Of a stretch of 64,000 nt of DNA, positions 27,865 through 37,877 are shown piece after piece. Origin of the DNA: Polyangiales bacterium (GTDB lineage: Bacteria; Myxococcota_A; Polyangia; Polyangiales; Ga0077539); contig JAXLYJ010000005.1 in the NCBI GenBank assembly GCA_046351515.1, positions 178,892 to 242,891 of the forward strand, given 5' to 3'. The translations under genes and the position numbers were made by a program. The notes under the pieces are model-generated. The model was not told where the DNA came from. It did not search any database and saw nothing but the letters and a program-made list of their open reading frames with translations. Numbering within the stretch: position 1 is the stretch's first letter; every line of letters starts with the position of its first letter.

Positions 27865-28626
27865 ATGGCCCCGCGCGTTCGCGTGTACGTCGATCGAATC
27901 GAGCTGGGCGAGGGCGCTCGCGCGCTCGATGAAGGCGCGTCGCACCATCTCGCGCGCGTGCTTCGCTTGGACATTGGCGGGCGAATCGTCGTCTTCGACG
28001 GGCTCGGTCACGAGCAAGACGCCACGATTCAGAGCGTCGAGCAGAGCAAGCGCTCGCTGCGCGCGACGATCGCGCTCGAGGGCGAGCCGCGCCGAGGCGT
28101 CGTCGCCGACCGCGCCTCGGTGACCGTGATCCAAGGGCTCGCGAAGGGCGACAAGCTCGAGCGCGTGGTCCGCTCGTGCGCCGAGCTCGGCGCGACCTCG
28201 GTCGTCGCGGTGAGCTGCGAGCGAAGCGTGCAAAAGCTGGATGCGGCGCGGGCCGCTGCGCAGCAAGCGCACCTGCGGGCGGTGAGCGCGAGCGCGAGCG
28301 AGCAGTGTGGGCGCGCGGACGTGATGGACGTTCACGTGGGCGCCTCGTTGCTCGACGCGTTGCGCGCCGCGGCGAGCGCGGGGCGCGGGTGCATCGCCGA
28401 CGAGGCGGGTGGACGAAGCGCGCGCGCGTGGATCGAGGCGAGCGAGAGCAGGCCCCTCGCGGTGCTCGTGGGGCCCGAGGGCGGGCTGACCGACGCCGAG
28501 CGAGCGATGGCGCGCGCGTGCGGGTTCGAGTCGATTTCGCTCGGCCCGCGGATCCTCAGGACCGAGCACGCAGCGGCGGCGTTCGTCGCGATGGCCGTCG
28601 CGCTCGTCGGCGACGGCGCTGGGTGA
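27865..28626 (+). CDS. rsmE: 16S rRNA (uracil1498-N3)-methyltransferase RsmE
   Basis: RsmE-like N-terminus (VRVYVDRIELGEGARALDEGASHHLARVLRL) and C-terminal SPOUT fold (LVGPEGGLTDAERAMARACGFESISLGPRILRTE). Confidence 0.75.
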   Translation: MAPRVRVYVDRIELGEGARALDEGASHHLARVLRLDIGGRIVVFDGLGHEQDATIQSVEQSKRSLRATIALEGEPRRGVVADRASVTVIQGLAKGDKLERVVRSCAELGATSVVAVSCERSVQKLDAARAAAQQAHLRAVSASASEQCGRADVMDVHVGASLLDALRAAASAGRGCIADEAGGRSARAWIEASESRPLAVLVGPEGGLTDAERAMARACGFESISLGPRILRTEHAAAAFVAMAVALVGDGAG

Positions 28627-28713
28627 GGGCCTTTCGCGCCCTTTCTCTCGGCGCAGGACGGCGCGGATTGCTTCCCCTCGCGAGCGAGATCGCGGTAAGA
28701 AACCCATGCCCAA

Positions 28714-31341
28714 ATGACCACGCTGTCCGCCCTGCTCGCGCGTGAGCACGCGGTGCCTCCGCACAAGCTCGATGAGGCGATTCAGCGTCAGGTGCTCAAC
28801 GGCGGTGACCTCGAGAGCAACCTGCTCGAAGTGCAGGCCATCTCTGAAGAGACGCTGACGCGGCTGCGCGCCAAGCTCGTCGAGCTCGCGCCGGCATCGC
28901 GCTTGGAGCTGTCCAACGCCGAGAGCAACGCGCTCGCGAGGCTCGATCGACTGCAGTGCGAGTCGTTTCGCGTCCTGCCGCTGCGCATCGAAGACGGAGT
29001 GCTCGTCGTCGCGGTCGTCGATCCGCCGACCGAAGGCGCGCGCGCCACGCTCGAGAGCGCCGCGAAGATGCCGCTCTCGCTGCGAGCGACGCTGGGATTT
29101 CGCCTCGCGTGGGCGCTCGCCAAGCACTACGGGAGCGAGCTCTCTCCGAGGCTCCGCCGGCTGGCCGATCGCCTCGCGAGCGGGACGTTCGCGGCGCCCG
29201 TCGCTCCTGAAAAAGCCCCCGAGACCGCGCCTGCGCGCTCGGCGGGCGGCGTGAAGGTCAAGACCGCGGTGCTCTCGGCGCTCTCGGCGCTCTCGGCGGC
29301 GATCGAAGATGACGACGACGAGGACGAAGACAGCGAGCGCCGCGACGATCCAAGCGCAGCGCCGCCGTCCGTCGACGGCTCGAGCGACGAGCGCTCTGGT
29401 GACGGAGCGACCGAGCCTGTCGCCGTCGAGCGCACCTCGCACGAAGACATCTTGCGGCAGATCGATCAGGCGCAAGACCGCGATTCGATCCTCGCGCGCG
29501 TGCTCGATTTCGCCGCCGAACGCCTGCGCTACGTCGCGCTGTTCGTGGTGCAAGGCGACGTCGCCGAGGGGCTCGACGCGCGGGGCGACGGGTTGCCGGC
29601 CACCATGGTGCGCAGGATCGCGGTTCCGCTCGACAGCCCGAGCTCGTTTCGCGCCGTGCGCGAGCGCGGCGCGCCCGTCGTCGGAGCGCTCTCGAACAGC
29701 GGGACCGACGCCGTCGTTCGCAGCGACCTCGGTCGAGACTCGGCCCGCGCCGTCGCGCTCGTGCCCATCCACATCGGCGGTCGCGTGGTCTTGATTGTGT
29801 GGGCCGATCACGGACCGCACGTCCTCGACCTCGCCGCGCTCGATGAGGTCGTCGCGATCTGCGGGCACGCCGCGAACGCGTTCGAGCGCATCATCCGTGA
29901 GCGCAAAGCCCGAAAAGGCGCGCCTGCCGTCGACGCGACCAAGGTCACCGTCGGAGCGATCGCGCGCCGCGTCGCGGAGCAGCGCGGCGTCCAGTCGCTG
30001 CGCGCGCTCGCGGGGCGAGAGCCCGAGGACGGCGAGGGCGAGGCGCCCGCCGTTGAAAACACGACCACACAATCAAGTGCGCCGGTGGGCGAGGCTCCGC
30101 GCGCAGATGAGCCGACGAGCTCGGTCACGAGCGCTGCCCCGACCGCGCTCGCGGCGGAGGTCGCAGCCTCGCCAACACCAACACCAACGCCGGCGCCCGC
30201 GCTCACCGAGGTCGATTCGGTTGCGTCGAGCGGTGCGCGAGAAGAGATTCCGCCGCTCGATCCGCTGCCGGTCTCTGGGTCCGCAACGGACTCGTCCGAG
30301 CCTCAAGAGGTCGCCTTCAACAGCGATCCCGAGGTGACTCGTCGCGGTCTGCGCGCGCCTGAAGGCAGCGGAAAGTTCGTCCACGGAGGCCGCGTCCCCG
30401 TGGCCGTCGACGTGATCGGCCCGCTCCCGGCGCGCGGCGCTTCGATCCCGCCACCGCGCCCTGTGGACGCCGCGGACGAGGTCAACGCGCTCAAGCTCGT
30501 CGCCGAGGTCGTGCGCACTTCATCCCTCTCCGATGCGACGGCCGAGCAGCTCGTCGCGCTCGGCGAAGGGTCGCTCGACGCGGTGTTTCGGTACTTTCCT
30601 GGGCCGACGCACCACGACCGCTCCGAGCCTCGCTCGCGCGTGCCGCGCGCGGCAGAGGTGGGACCGCTGCTTCGCCTGGTGGTGATGTTTCGCCACGCCG
30701 CGGCCAGCAAGCTCAGCGACCTGCTCGCGTCCGTCGATCCAGAGCAGCGCTACTACGCCACGTTGTGCCTCGGCGAAGTCGTGTTTCCCGCGGCGCTCAC
30801 GCGGCTCGGCACGCGCCTGTTCGACTCGGACGCGCCCACCCGTCGCATCGCGCTCGAATCGCTGCGCGCCTACCGACGCTTGCCCGAGTTCGAGCGCGTC
30901 CTTCGGTCGCTGCGCAGCACGCTCGCCGACGCGAGCATCCCCGTCGAGCGCCGTCGCCTCGCCGCCCAAGCGCTCGCGGACTTGCGCGACAGCGAGGCGA
31001 TTCCGTCGCTGCTCTCGGGGCTGGCGGACGGCGATCCATCGGTCCGATCGCTGGCGCATCGCGCGCTGGTCGTTCTCGCTCGGCAGGACTTCGGCGAGGA
31101 TGCGCGCGGTTGGCGCGAGTGGTGGGAGCGCGCCGCTGGACGACACCGCATCGAGTGGCTGATCGAAGCGCTCGTCCACGACGACTCGAACATTCGTCAC
31201 GAGGCCGGCGAAGAGCTGAAGAAGCTCTCGGGCATCTTCGTGGGCTACTACTTCAACCTCCCGCGTCGCGAGCGCGACCGCGCTCAGCAGCAGTACCGCG
31301 AGTGGTGGGAGCGCGAAGGACGTTCGCGCTTCGTGCGCTGA
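28714..31341 (+). CDS. Multidomain regulatory protein: GspE-N (T2SSE_N/MshEN-like) domain + GAF-like domain + C-terminal HEAT repeats
   Basis: N-terminal LSALLAREHAVPPHKLDEAIQRQ...LLEVQAISEETLTRL...VLPLRIEDGVLVVAVVDP follows the T2SSE_N pattern. The mid region has a GAF-like fold (RYVALFVVQGDVAEGLDARGDG...). The C-terminus carries HEAT/PBS-lyase-like repeats (AIPSLLSGLADGDPSVRSLAHRAL). Confidence 0.65.
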   Translation: MTTLSALLAREHAVPPHKLDEAIQRQVLNGGDLESNLLEVQAISEETLTRLRAKLVELAPASRLELSNAESNALARLDRLQCESFRVLPLRIEDGVLVVAVVDPPTEGARATLESAAKMPLSLRATLGFRLAWALAKHYGSELSPRLRRLADRLASGTFAAPVAPEKAPETAPARSAGGVKVKTAVLSALSALSAAIEDDDDEDEDSERRDDPSAAPPSVDGSSDERSGDGATEPVAVERTSHEDILRQIDQAQDRDSILARVLDFAAERLRYVALFVVQGDVAEGLDARGDGLPATMVRRIAVPLDSPSSFRAVRERGAPVVGALSNSGTDAVVRSDLGRDSARAVALVPIHIGGRVVLIVWADHGPHVLDLAALDEVVAICGHAANAFERIIRERKARKGAPAVDATKVTVGAIARRVAEQRGVQSLRALAGREPEDGEGEAPAVENTTTQSSAPVGEAPRADEPTSSVTSAAPTALAAEVAASPTPTPTPAPALTEVDSVASSGAREEIPPLDPLPVSGSATDSSEPQEVAFNSDPEVTRRGLRAPEGSGKFVHGGRVPVAVDVIGPLPARGASIPPPRPVDAADEVNALKLVAEVVRTSSLSDATAEQLVALGEGSLDAVFRYFPGPTHHDRSEPRSRVPRAAEVGPLLRLVVMFRHAAASKLSDLLASVDPEQRYYATLCLGEVVFPAALTRLGTRLFDSDAPTRRIALESLRAYRRLPEFERVLRSLRSTLADASIPVERRRLAAQALADLRDSEAIPSLLSGLADGDPSVRSLAHRALVVLARQDFGEDARGWREWWERAAGRHRIEWLIEALVHDDSNIRHEAGEELKKLSGIFVGYYFNLPRRERDRAQQQYREWWEREGRSRFVR
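29271..29297. repeat. (GCTCTCGGC)x3 in-frame 9-nt tandem repeat (ALS)3, followed by an acidic run, inside the 28714-31341 gene
   Basis: Counted directly from the sequence. GATGACGACGACGAGGACGAAGAC follows at 29307-29330. Confidence 0.85.
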
Positions 31342-31345
31342 GCGT

Positions 31346-32485
31346 TCACGCTTCGTCGGGGCGGATCGTGTCGCGCGTGTCCGAGGTCACTCGGATCACG
31401 TTGCGCACGCGCGCGAGCGACTGTTCGTCCTGCTCGATCGTGCACCAGGTCTCGATTCGCTCGCCGAGGTCGGCGGCCCAGCGCACCAGCGCGAGCACGC
31501 GCGTCGCCGTCATTGGACCGGCGTCGACGGCGCGCGCTTGCGTGAGCGAGCACTCGAGGGCGCTGGCGGCGGCCGCGCGGTTCCACCGGCGTGTCGACGC
31601 GGGAAGCGCGCGAAGGCCCTCGTCTTGCGCGACGCGATCGAGCGCCGCGCGCGCGTCGTCGATGGCCTCGGAGAGCCCCTCGCGAAGCACGCTCGAGAGC
31701 GCGTCACACATCGCGCCGATCTCTGCGGTGAGCGAGCGCGCGGCCAGGTCCGAGCAGCGCACGAGCAGCAAATCGCGCGGCGAATCCATCTGCGGCAGAA
31801 GCTCTTCGACCCCGAGGTCCGGCGCCTCGACCACGCCCGCGACCGCGAGCACGTCCGTCCAACGTCGCAGCGGCAGCGGGTCGTGGTCATCAGGGTCGAT
31901 CGAGCCGCGCACGAGGCTGAACTGCTTGCGCGTGGTCTCGGCCATGAGCCGCGCGTGACGGCGACGAAGCTCGAGGTCCGAGGGCTTCGCGGCCCACTCT
32001 CCGACGATGCTCTCGAGCGCGCCGCGCAGGGCGTTGCTCTGCTCGGTCGCGAGCGGGGTGATCTCGGCGGGCGCGAAGAAGACTCCCTGCAGCGCTTCGC
32101 CGATCTGCAACGCCAGAAACACGTGCTCTTGCGCGCGCGCGACGCGTCGCGGATCGAAGGGCTCGAACGCGTCAGCGTGCTCGCCGAGCGCGGCGAGCGC
32201 AGAGAACGCGGACGAGCGGCGCCACAGCACGTTGGCCTTGTCGACGGGGTCGGCCGAGGTCGGCTCGGCGAGCGCGATGCGGGACAGCTCCGAGGCGAGC
32301 GCGTGCGCGTAGAGCAGCGGCACTCCGCGGTCGGCGGCGCGCGCGAGCGCGACCCACGCGACGAGCTCGGGCAAGTCGTAGAGCCAGAACGCGTCGCCTG
32401 CGGTCGAACAGCGCTCGACTACCGAGCGGACGCCCCCGTGCAACAGCGGAACCTTTTCGAGTGCGACGCGCAGCCAGTCGTGCAT
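31346..32485 (-). CDS. Hypothetical protein (start at MHDWLRV; the long Arg-rich N-terminal extension in the ORF track is rejected)
   Basis: Coherent coding from 32485 down to 31346. The region upstream of 32533 is occupied by bioA in another frame. No family was recognised. Confidence 0.45.
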   Translation of the reverse strand: MHDWLRVALEKVPLLHGGVRSVVERCSTAGDAFWLYDLPELVAWVALARAADRGVPLLYAHALASELSRIALAEPTSADPVDKANVLWRRSSAFSALAALGEHADAFEPFDPRRVARAQEHVFLALQIGEALQGVFFAPAEITPLATEQSNALRGALESIVGEWAAKPSDLELRRRHARLMAETTRKQFSLVRGSIDPDDHDPLPLRRWTDVLAVAGVVEAPDLGVEELLPQMDSPRDLLLVRCSDLAARSLTAEIGAMCDALSSVLREGLSEAIDDARAALDRVAQDEGLRALPASTRRWNRAAAASALECSLTQARAVDAGPMTATRVLALVRWAADLGERIETWCTIEQDEQSLARVRNVIRVTSDTRDTIRPDEA

Positions 32486-32532
32486 GAGCTTCGAAGGACG
32501 CAATAACACCACGATCGTAGGATCTTGTGGAA

Positions 32533-33870
32533 TTAACCGATCACGGCCGCGATGCTCTCCTCGACGATTCGAAGCAGCTCGTCGAGCGTTTCGCGGTCGA
32601 TCGTGAGCGGAGGGGCCACATACACGGTGTCTCCGAGCGGCCTCACGTACGCGCCCCGCGCGCGGGCTTCGGCGTAGACGCGCCAGCCGGCGTCCGCGAG
32701 ATAGCCGGTGTCTCCGAGGTCGATCGCGCCGATCGCGCCGAGCGCGCGCGCCCGGCGAAGCGACGGAAACCGCTGTTGCATCGCGGTGAACGCTCGCTCG
32801 ATCACCGGTCCGTTTCTCTGTACGTTCTCGAGGACGCGCTCGTCCCGATACACGGCGAGGACCTCGCGGGCGACCGCGCAGCCGAGGGGATTTCCGCAGT
32901 ACGAGTGCCCGTAGAGAAAGGCTCGCTCGCGGCCGCCCCGAAAGCCGTCGTACACGCGGTCGTTGGCGACGGTGGCCGCGAACGGAAACAGCGCTCCTGA
33001 CAGTCCCTTGGCCGAGCACAGCACGTCCGGGACGATCCCCGCTCGCTCACACGCCCAGAACGTCCCAGTGCGGCCGAGGCCCGTGAAGACCTCGTCGGCG
33101 ATCAAGAACACGTCGGCGCGGTCGCACGAAGCGCGCAGCGCCTGCAAAAACTCAGGCGGATAGATCCTCATCCCGTCCGCGCCTTGCACGAGCGGCTCGA
33201 CCACGACCGCGACGATGTCGCTCTCTCTCGACAGCGCCTCGTCGATCGCCGCGAAGGATCGCTGCCAACCGTCCGGCTCGCTCGGCGACGGCGCGCGCAG
33301 CACGTCGAACAGCAGCGGCCCGTACACCGATCGAAACGCTTCGATCCCGCCGACCGACGTTGCTCCGACGGTCTCTCCGTGAAATCCCCCGCTGAGCGCG
33401 ATGAACCGCCGTCGGTGCGCGCGGCCGTTTTGCGCGCAGTGCTGGGCGCACAGCTTGATCGCGACCTCGACGGAGGTGCTCCCGTCGTCCGAGTAGAACA
33501 CGCGCTGAAGGCGCCGATCGCTCGCGAGCGAAGGATCGTCGTGGCCGGGCATCGTCGCGACGAGCTCTTTTGCGAGCAGCGCGGCGGGCTCGTGCGTGAG
33601 CCCCCCGAGCGCGATGTGCGTGAGCGACCGCGCTTGCTCTTCGAGCGCGCGCAGCAAGCGCGGGTGTCGATGGCCCAGCGTCGCGACCCACCACGAGCTG
33701 TTTCCGTCGATGTAGCGCGTGCCGTCGAGGTCCCAAAAGTGCGGTCCCTCCGCGCGTGAGACGACGAGCGGCGGGCTCGAGTCGTCGTGCGCCGGAGTGT
33801 ACGGGTGCCACACGAACGCGCGGTCGAGCGCGAGGATCTCGTCGCGGCTCGTCACGACTCGTCCCTCCAT
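32533..33870 (-). CDS. bioA: Adenosylmethionine-8-amino-7-oxononanoate aminotransferase (class III aminotransferase)
   Basis: BioA-like N-terminus (LALDRAFVWHPYT) and PLP-lysine region DEVFTGLGRTGTFWACERAGIVPDVLCSAKGLSG. Confidence 0.8.
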   Translation of the reverse strand: MEGRVVTSRDEILALDRAFVWHPYTPAHDDSSPPLVVSRAEGPHFWDLDGTRYIDGNSSWWVATLGHRHPRLLRALEEQARSLTHIALGGLTHEPAALLAKELVATMPGHDDPSLASDRRLQRVFYSDDGSTSVEVAIKLCAQHCAQNGRAHRRRFIALSGGFHGETVGATSVGGIEAFRSVYGPLLFDVLRAPSPSEPDGWQRSFAAIDEALSRESDIVAVVVEPLVQGADGMRIYPPEFLQALRASCDRADVFLIADEVFTGLGRTGTFWACERAGIVPDVLCSAKGLSGALFPFAATVANDRVYDGFRGGRERAFLYGHSYCGNPLGCAVAREVLAVYRDERVLENVQRNGPVIERAFTAMQQRFPSLRRARALGAIGAIDLGDTGYLADAGWRVYAEARARGAYVRPLGDTVYVAPPLTIDRETLDELLRIVEESIAAVIG

Positions 33871-35429
33871 CGAACGTTGTGGCGCCGGAGCAGGTCGTAG
33901 AAGTCCGTTCGATTTCGACCTGCGATCCGAGCGGCCGCGGTGATGTTGCCGCTCGCTCGTCGAAGCACCTCGACGAGGTAGGCGCGCTCGAACGCGTCGC
34001 GCGCGTCCTTGAGCGTCGGCAGCGGTCGATCAGGATCGGTGAGGATTTTCAGAGGGTCCTGCGCGCTCTCGCGGTGCTCGTCGCTCGCGGAGGGCTCTGC
34101 GTCCTCGATCCCTGCGCTGCTCGTCGCGCGGGGCGGAGCCGCGGTCGCTCCGGCGAGTCGCGAGAGGTCTTCGGCGCTGAGATCGTTGCCCGACGCGAGG
34201 ACGGACGCGGCCTCCATCATGTTGGCGAGCTCGCGGACGTTGCCGGGCCAGGGCCACTGCAGCATCCAGTCGATCGCCGAGCGCGTGAGCGCGGGCACCT
34301 TGAGGTTGTGCCGCGCGGAGGCGCGTTCGAGAAACACCTCGGCGAGCAGGACGATGTCCTCTCGTCGCTCGCGAAGCGGCGGCATCTCGAGCGGGACGAC
34401 GTGGAGCCGAAAGAACAAGTCCTCGCGAAACCGCCCCTTGCTCACGTCCGCGCGCAGGTCTCGATGCGTCGCGGCGACGACGCGCACGTCCGCCTCTCGC
34501 TCGTGCGTCGATCCGACCGGTGTGTACCGACGCTCTTGCAGCACGCGCAAGAGCTTCACTTGCACGTTGAGCGGAGCGTCGCCGATTTCGTCGAGAAAGA
34601 GCGTCCCGCCGTGGGCTGCGGCGAACAGGCCGTCGCGGTCGCGCGCCGCGCCGGTGAACGCGCCGCGGACGTGCCCGAACAGCTCGCTCTCGAGCAGCTC
34701 CATCGGGATCGCCCCGCAGTTGACCGCGACGAACGGGTGCTTCGAGCGCGACGAGAGCTGATGAATCGATCGCGCGGCGAGCTCTTTGCCCGTGCCGCTC
34801 TCGCCGGTCACCAGCACCGTCACGTCCGCGGTCGCGATGCGCGCGATGAGCTCTCGCGCTGCGTTGATCGCGCGAGAGGTTCCGAGGATCGAGCCGCTGA
34901 CCTCCTCGCCGACGATGCGACGAAAGTCCGCGACCTCGCGGCGCAGCGCGGCGTTTTCGATCGCGTGGCGAACGCGCTGCAGAAGCTCGTGGTGATTGAA
35001 CGGCTTCGTGAGAAACCCGAACGCTCCGCGGCGCATCGCCTCGACGGCGGTGTCGATGGTCCCGTGCGCGGTGAGCATGATCACAGGGACGTCCGGGCAC
35101 CGCGCCCTCAGCTCCGTGAGCAGCGTCAGCCCGTCGCCGTCAGGCAGGCGAAGGTCGAGGACGATCGCGTCGAGCGCGCCTTTGACGACGCGCGCGCGCG
35201 CTTGGGCGACGGTCTCTGCTCGCTCGGTGCGATAGCCGTTCGCCTCGAGGCGCATCGCGAGAAGGGTGAGCATCTCGGACTCGTCGTCGACGAGCAGGAT
35301 GGTCGGCGGAGGAGGAGCGACAGACCGTCGGGGAGGAATCGATGTCACGGTGCGCCTGCGGTCGTGCCGCGTTCGACGCTCGGACGCAACCCTTACTGCG
35401 CCCTCTCGTGCACTTCGAGCGGCAGCCAC
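33852..35429 (-). CDS. Sigma-54-dependent response regulator (NtrC family: REC + AAA+ + Fis HTH)
   Basis: REC ILLVDDE...DLRLPDGDG. Sigma-54 interaction domain GESGTGKE...GAFTGA...[11 protein letters not shown]; ESELFGH matches the GAFTGA-family motif. C-terminal HTH. The start is uncertain (GTG 35429, or an internal GTG near 35347). Confidence 0.8.
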   Translation of the reverse strand: MAAARSAREGAVRVASERRTRHDRRRTVTSIPPRRSVAPPPPTILLVDDESEMLTLLAMRLEANGYRTERAETVAQARARVVKGALDAIVLDLRLPDGDGLTLLTELRARCPDVPVIMLTAHGTIDTAVEAMRRGAFGFLTKPFNHHELLQRVRHAIENAALRREVADFRRIVGEEVSGSILGTSRAINAARELIARIATADVTVLVTGESGTGKELAARSIHQLSSRSKHPFVAVNCGAIPMELLESELFGHVRGAFTGAARDRDGLFAAAHGGTLFLDEIGDAPLNVQVKLLRVLQERRYTPVGSTHEREADVRVVAATHRDLRADVSKGRFREDLFFRLHVVPLEMPPLRERREDIVLLAEVFLERASARHNLKVPALTRSAIDWMLQWPWPGNVRELANMMEAASVLASGNDLSAEDLSRLAGATAAPPRATSSAGIEDAEPSASDEHRESAQDPLKILTDPDRPLPTLKDARDAFERAYLVEVLRRASGNITAAARIAGRNRTDFYDLLRRHNVRWRDES

Positions 35430-36922
35430 AGCTCGAACCTCGCGCCGCGCTCGCCCTCGGGAGTCTCTGCGATCCGCGCGTCGCCGCCGTGCGCGCGGGC
35501 CACTTCGCGCGCGAGGGCGAGGCCCAATCCGATTCCCACGCGGCGGCTCGCGCCGGTCTGCGCGGTCACAAACGGCTCGAAGAGCGTCTCTCGCGCCTCG
35601 GGCGCGACGCCCGGACCCTCGTCCTCGACGCGCACGCGCGCCCAGCGCTTCGCGGCGCTCACCGGCGAGTCCCGCAGCACCTCTCGCGCAGGAGCGTCGC
35701 TGCTTCGCACGCGCACGCGCACCGTGCTCTGCGCGGGAGACACCTGCACCGCGTTGCGAACGAGGTTCGCCACCGCGCGCTCGACGAGCGGGGCGTCCAT
35801 CGTCCGCACGAAGTTCGCCGCGTCGTGTTCGAGCTCGATCGCGATCGATTTGCTCTGCGCGTCCTCGCGCTCGGCGGCGACCGCCTCGCGCACCACGTCG
35901 AGCAGCGAGCCCTCGGTGTGCATTTGCACAACGCTCGCAGCCCGCAGCCGAGAGAGGTCGAGCAGGTTGCTAACGAGGGTGATCTGGCTCTCGCACGCGC
36001 GTCGAGCGATGGCGACGAGCGAGGCTTGCGTCGGGGCGAGCTCGCCGGCGGTTCCGTCTTCGAGCAGCGCGAGCGCCTCGCGGATCTTCGCGAGCGGCGT
36101 GCGCAGCTCGTGCGAGACCGACGCCACGAAGCTCTCTTTGAGCGCGTCGACCGCCGCGAGCGCGTGGCGCATCCGCTCGAGCTCGTCGGCGAGCTCGGTG
36201 ACCTCGAGCGGGCCGTCGACAGGCTCGATCGGCGCGAAGTCTCCGCGGCCGAGCCGCGATGCGTCCTTCGCGATGCGCGCGAGGGGCCCGGCGACCGAGC
36301 GCGTCAGCCACCGCGCCAGAAGCGCCACGATCAGCACCGCGACGACGGTGAGCACTGAGCCGATCGCGAGCGATCGTTGGCCGGTGCTCCTCGCGCGCGT
36401 CTCGCGCAGCCCGATCTCTCGATGCAGCGCGAACGACTGCGCGATCCACAGGTCGGTCAGCTGCGTGTCGAGCGCGTTGCGCGCAGAGCGGGCCTCGCTC
36501 GTCCGCAGCACCACGCACGCGCTGCTCGAGAGCGACTGCGCCGCGAGCGCCTCGTAGCGAAGCCCGAGCTGCCGCATCTCCGCGCCCACGTGCGGGCCCA
36601 CGTGCCGATCCTTCTCTCGCAGCACGCGCAGCGCCTCGGCGAGAGGAGGGCGCACCGACTCGTCCGGAGCGCCTCGATCACAGGCGTCGCTCGCGTGACG
36701 CATGGCCACTTCGACCGCCCACATCGCGCGATGCAGCGCCTCTTGCTCGTCGATCGCGCCCAGCTCGTCTTCGCGCAGCTCACGCAGATAGTGGTCGATC
36801 CGACGCAGCGAAAACCCACCGAGCGCCACGGTCGTCGCGAGCGCGAGCGCGAGCAGCCCGTGCGAGACCGCGAGCGCAAACCCGAGCGTCCATCGTCTCG
36901 ACCGACGCGAAGCAGCCATCAC
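35393..36922 (-). CDS. Two-component sensor histidine kinase (TM-HAMP-HisKA-HATPase)
   Basis: Two TM helices. H-box HELRTPLAKI. N/G boxes (VRNAVQVSP..., GIGLGLALAREVARAHGG). It sits immediately upstream of the NtrC-type regulator. Confidence 0.75.
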   Translation of the reverse strand: MMAASRRSRRWTLGFALAVSHGLLALALATTVALGGFSLRRIDHYLRELREDELGAIDEQEALHRAMWAVEVAMRHASDACDRGAPDESVRPPLAEALRVLREKDRHVGPHVGAEMRQLGLRYEALAAQSLSSSACVVLRTSEARSARNALDTQLTDLWIAQSFALHREIGLRETRARSTGQRSLAIGSVLTVVAVLIVALLARWLTRSVAGPLARIAKDASRLGRGDFAPIEPVDGPLEVTELADELERMRHALAAVDALKESFVASVSHELRTPLAKIREALALLEDGTAGELAPTQASLVAIARRACESQITLVSNLLDLSRLRAASVVQMHTEGSLLDVVREAVAAEREDAQSKSIAIELEHDAANFVRTMDAPLVERAVANLVRNAVQVSPAQSTVRVRVRSSDAPAREVLRDSPVSAAKRWARVRVEDEGPGVAPEARETLFEPFVTAQTGASRRVGIGLGLALAREVARAHGGDARIAETPEGERGARFELWLPLEVHERAQ

Positions 36923-37158
36923 TCACCTCTTCTCGATCATCGACGCGTGGCGCGTGATCGAGGGACGTGCTCTTACCGCGCGCTTCGAGCTCGCGGCGAA
37001 CGAAAGCGAAATCGCTGCGCTGCGCGCTTGTCGGCGCGGCCCGACACTGTCTGCATCGGCCGACGTGACCGTTGTCGGCGCGCGCCGACGGGAGCTTTCG
37101 CCAACGGCAAACCGCGGCAAAGCCGAGCTGGCACGTGCCGTGAAGCGGTCCGATCGCT

Positions 37159-37836
37159 ATGAGCGCTCGCATCGGACTGAACCTGGTTCAGGGCAATCTT
37201 CGGTTTCAACGCGAGGTGTTCGCGCCCAAGCGCGCCGCGTTCGAGCAGCTCGTCGACGGCCAGTCGCCGCGCGCGCTGTACATCGGGTGCGCAGACTCTC
37301 GGGTGGTCGCCGAGCTGATCCTCGACGTCGCGCCGGGTGAGCTGTTCGTCGTGCGAAACATCGGGGCGATCGTCCCGCACCCCGAGGACGAGGCGTCGAC
37401 GAGCCTGGGGGCGGCGCTCGACTACGCGATCCACGTCCTGGAGGTTCCGGACATCGTCGTGTGCGGCCACGATCTGTGCGGCGCCTTGCGCGCGATCGTG
37501 ATGGGCAACAGCCCGAAGGGCTCGCACTTGGACCGATGGCTTCGCAAGGGCTCGTCCGACGTGAAGGGCTTCGACCTGCTCGATCACTGCGACGAGATGA
37601 GCATCGAGCAGCTCGTCGAGCGGTTCGTCGCAGTGCAGACCGAGACGCTGCTCCAGTACTCGGTCGTGCGCAGCGCCGTCGAAGCGGGCCGGCTTCGGGT
37701 CAACGGCGCTGTGTACGATCCGCGCACGGGGCGGCTGCGCGTGCGCGAAGCAGGGATCGACGCGTTCGTCGAGTTTCGTCCGATCGAGACCCGCACGAGC
37801 ATCCTGCCGATCGCGGCTGCCACGGACGCTGCGTAG
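37159..37836 (+). CDS. Beta-class carbonic anhydrase
   Basis: Zinc-ligand motifs CADSR and HxxCG (VVCGHDLCGA); overall beta-carbonic-anhydrase length of 225 aa. Confidence 0.8.
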   Translation: MSARIGLNLVQGNLRFQREVFAPKRAAFEQLVDGQSPRALYIGCADSRVVAELILDVAPGELFVVRNIGAIVPHPEDEASTSLGAALDYAIHVLEVPDIVVCGHDLCGALRAIVMGNSPKGSHLDRWLRKGSSDVKGFDLLDHCDEMSIEQLVERFVAVQTETLLQYSVVRSAVEAGRLRVNGAVYDPRTGRLRVREAGIDAFVEFRPIETRTSILPIAAATDAA

Positions 37837-37877
37837 TCGGGCGCGTTGCTCGTTCGAGCGCGTGGCGCGGTGTACGC

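Noticed and set aside
31346-33019. 557-aa extension of the hypothetical protein ORF
   Set aside because: The N-terminal 180 aa are Arg-rich and overlap bioA (32533-33870) on the same strand in a different frame. The start was reset to ATG 32485.
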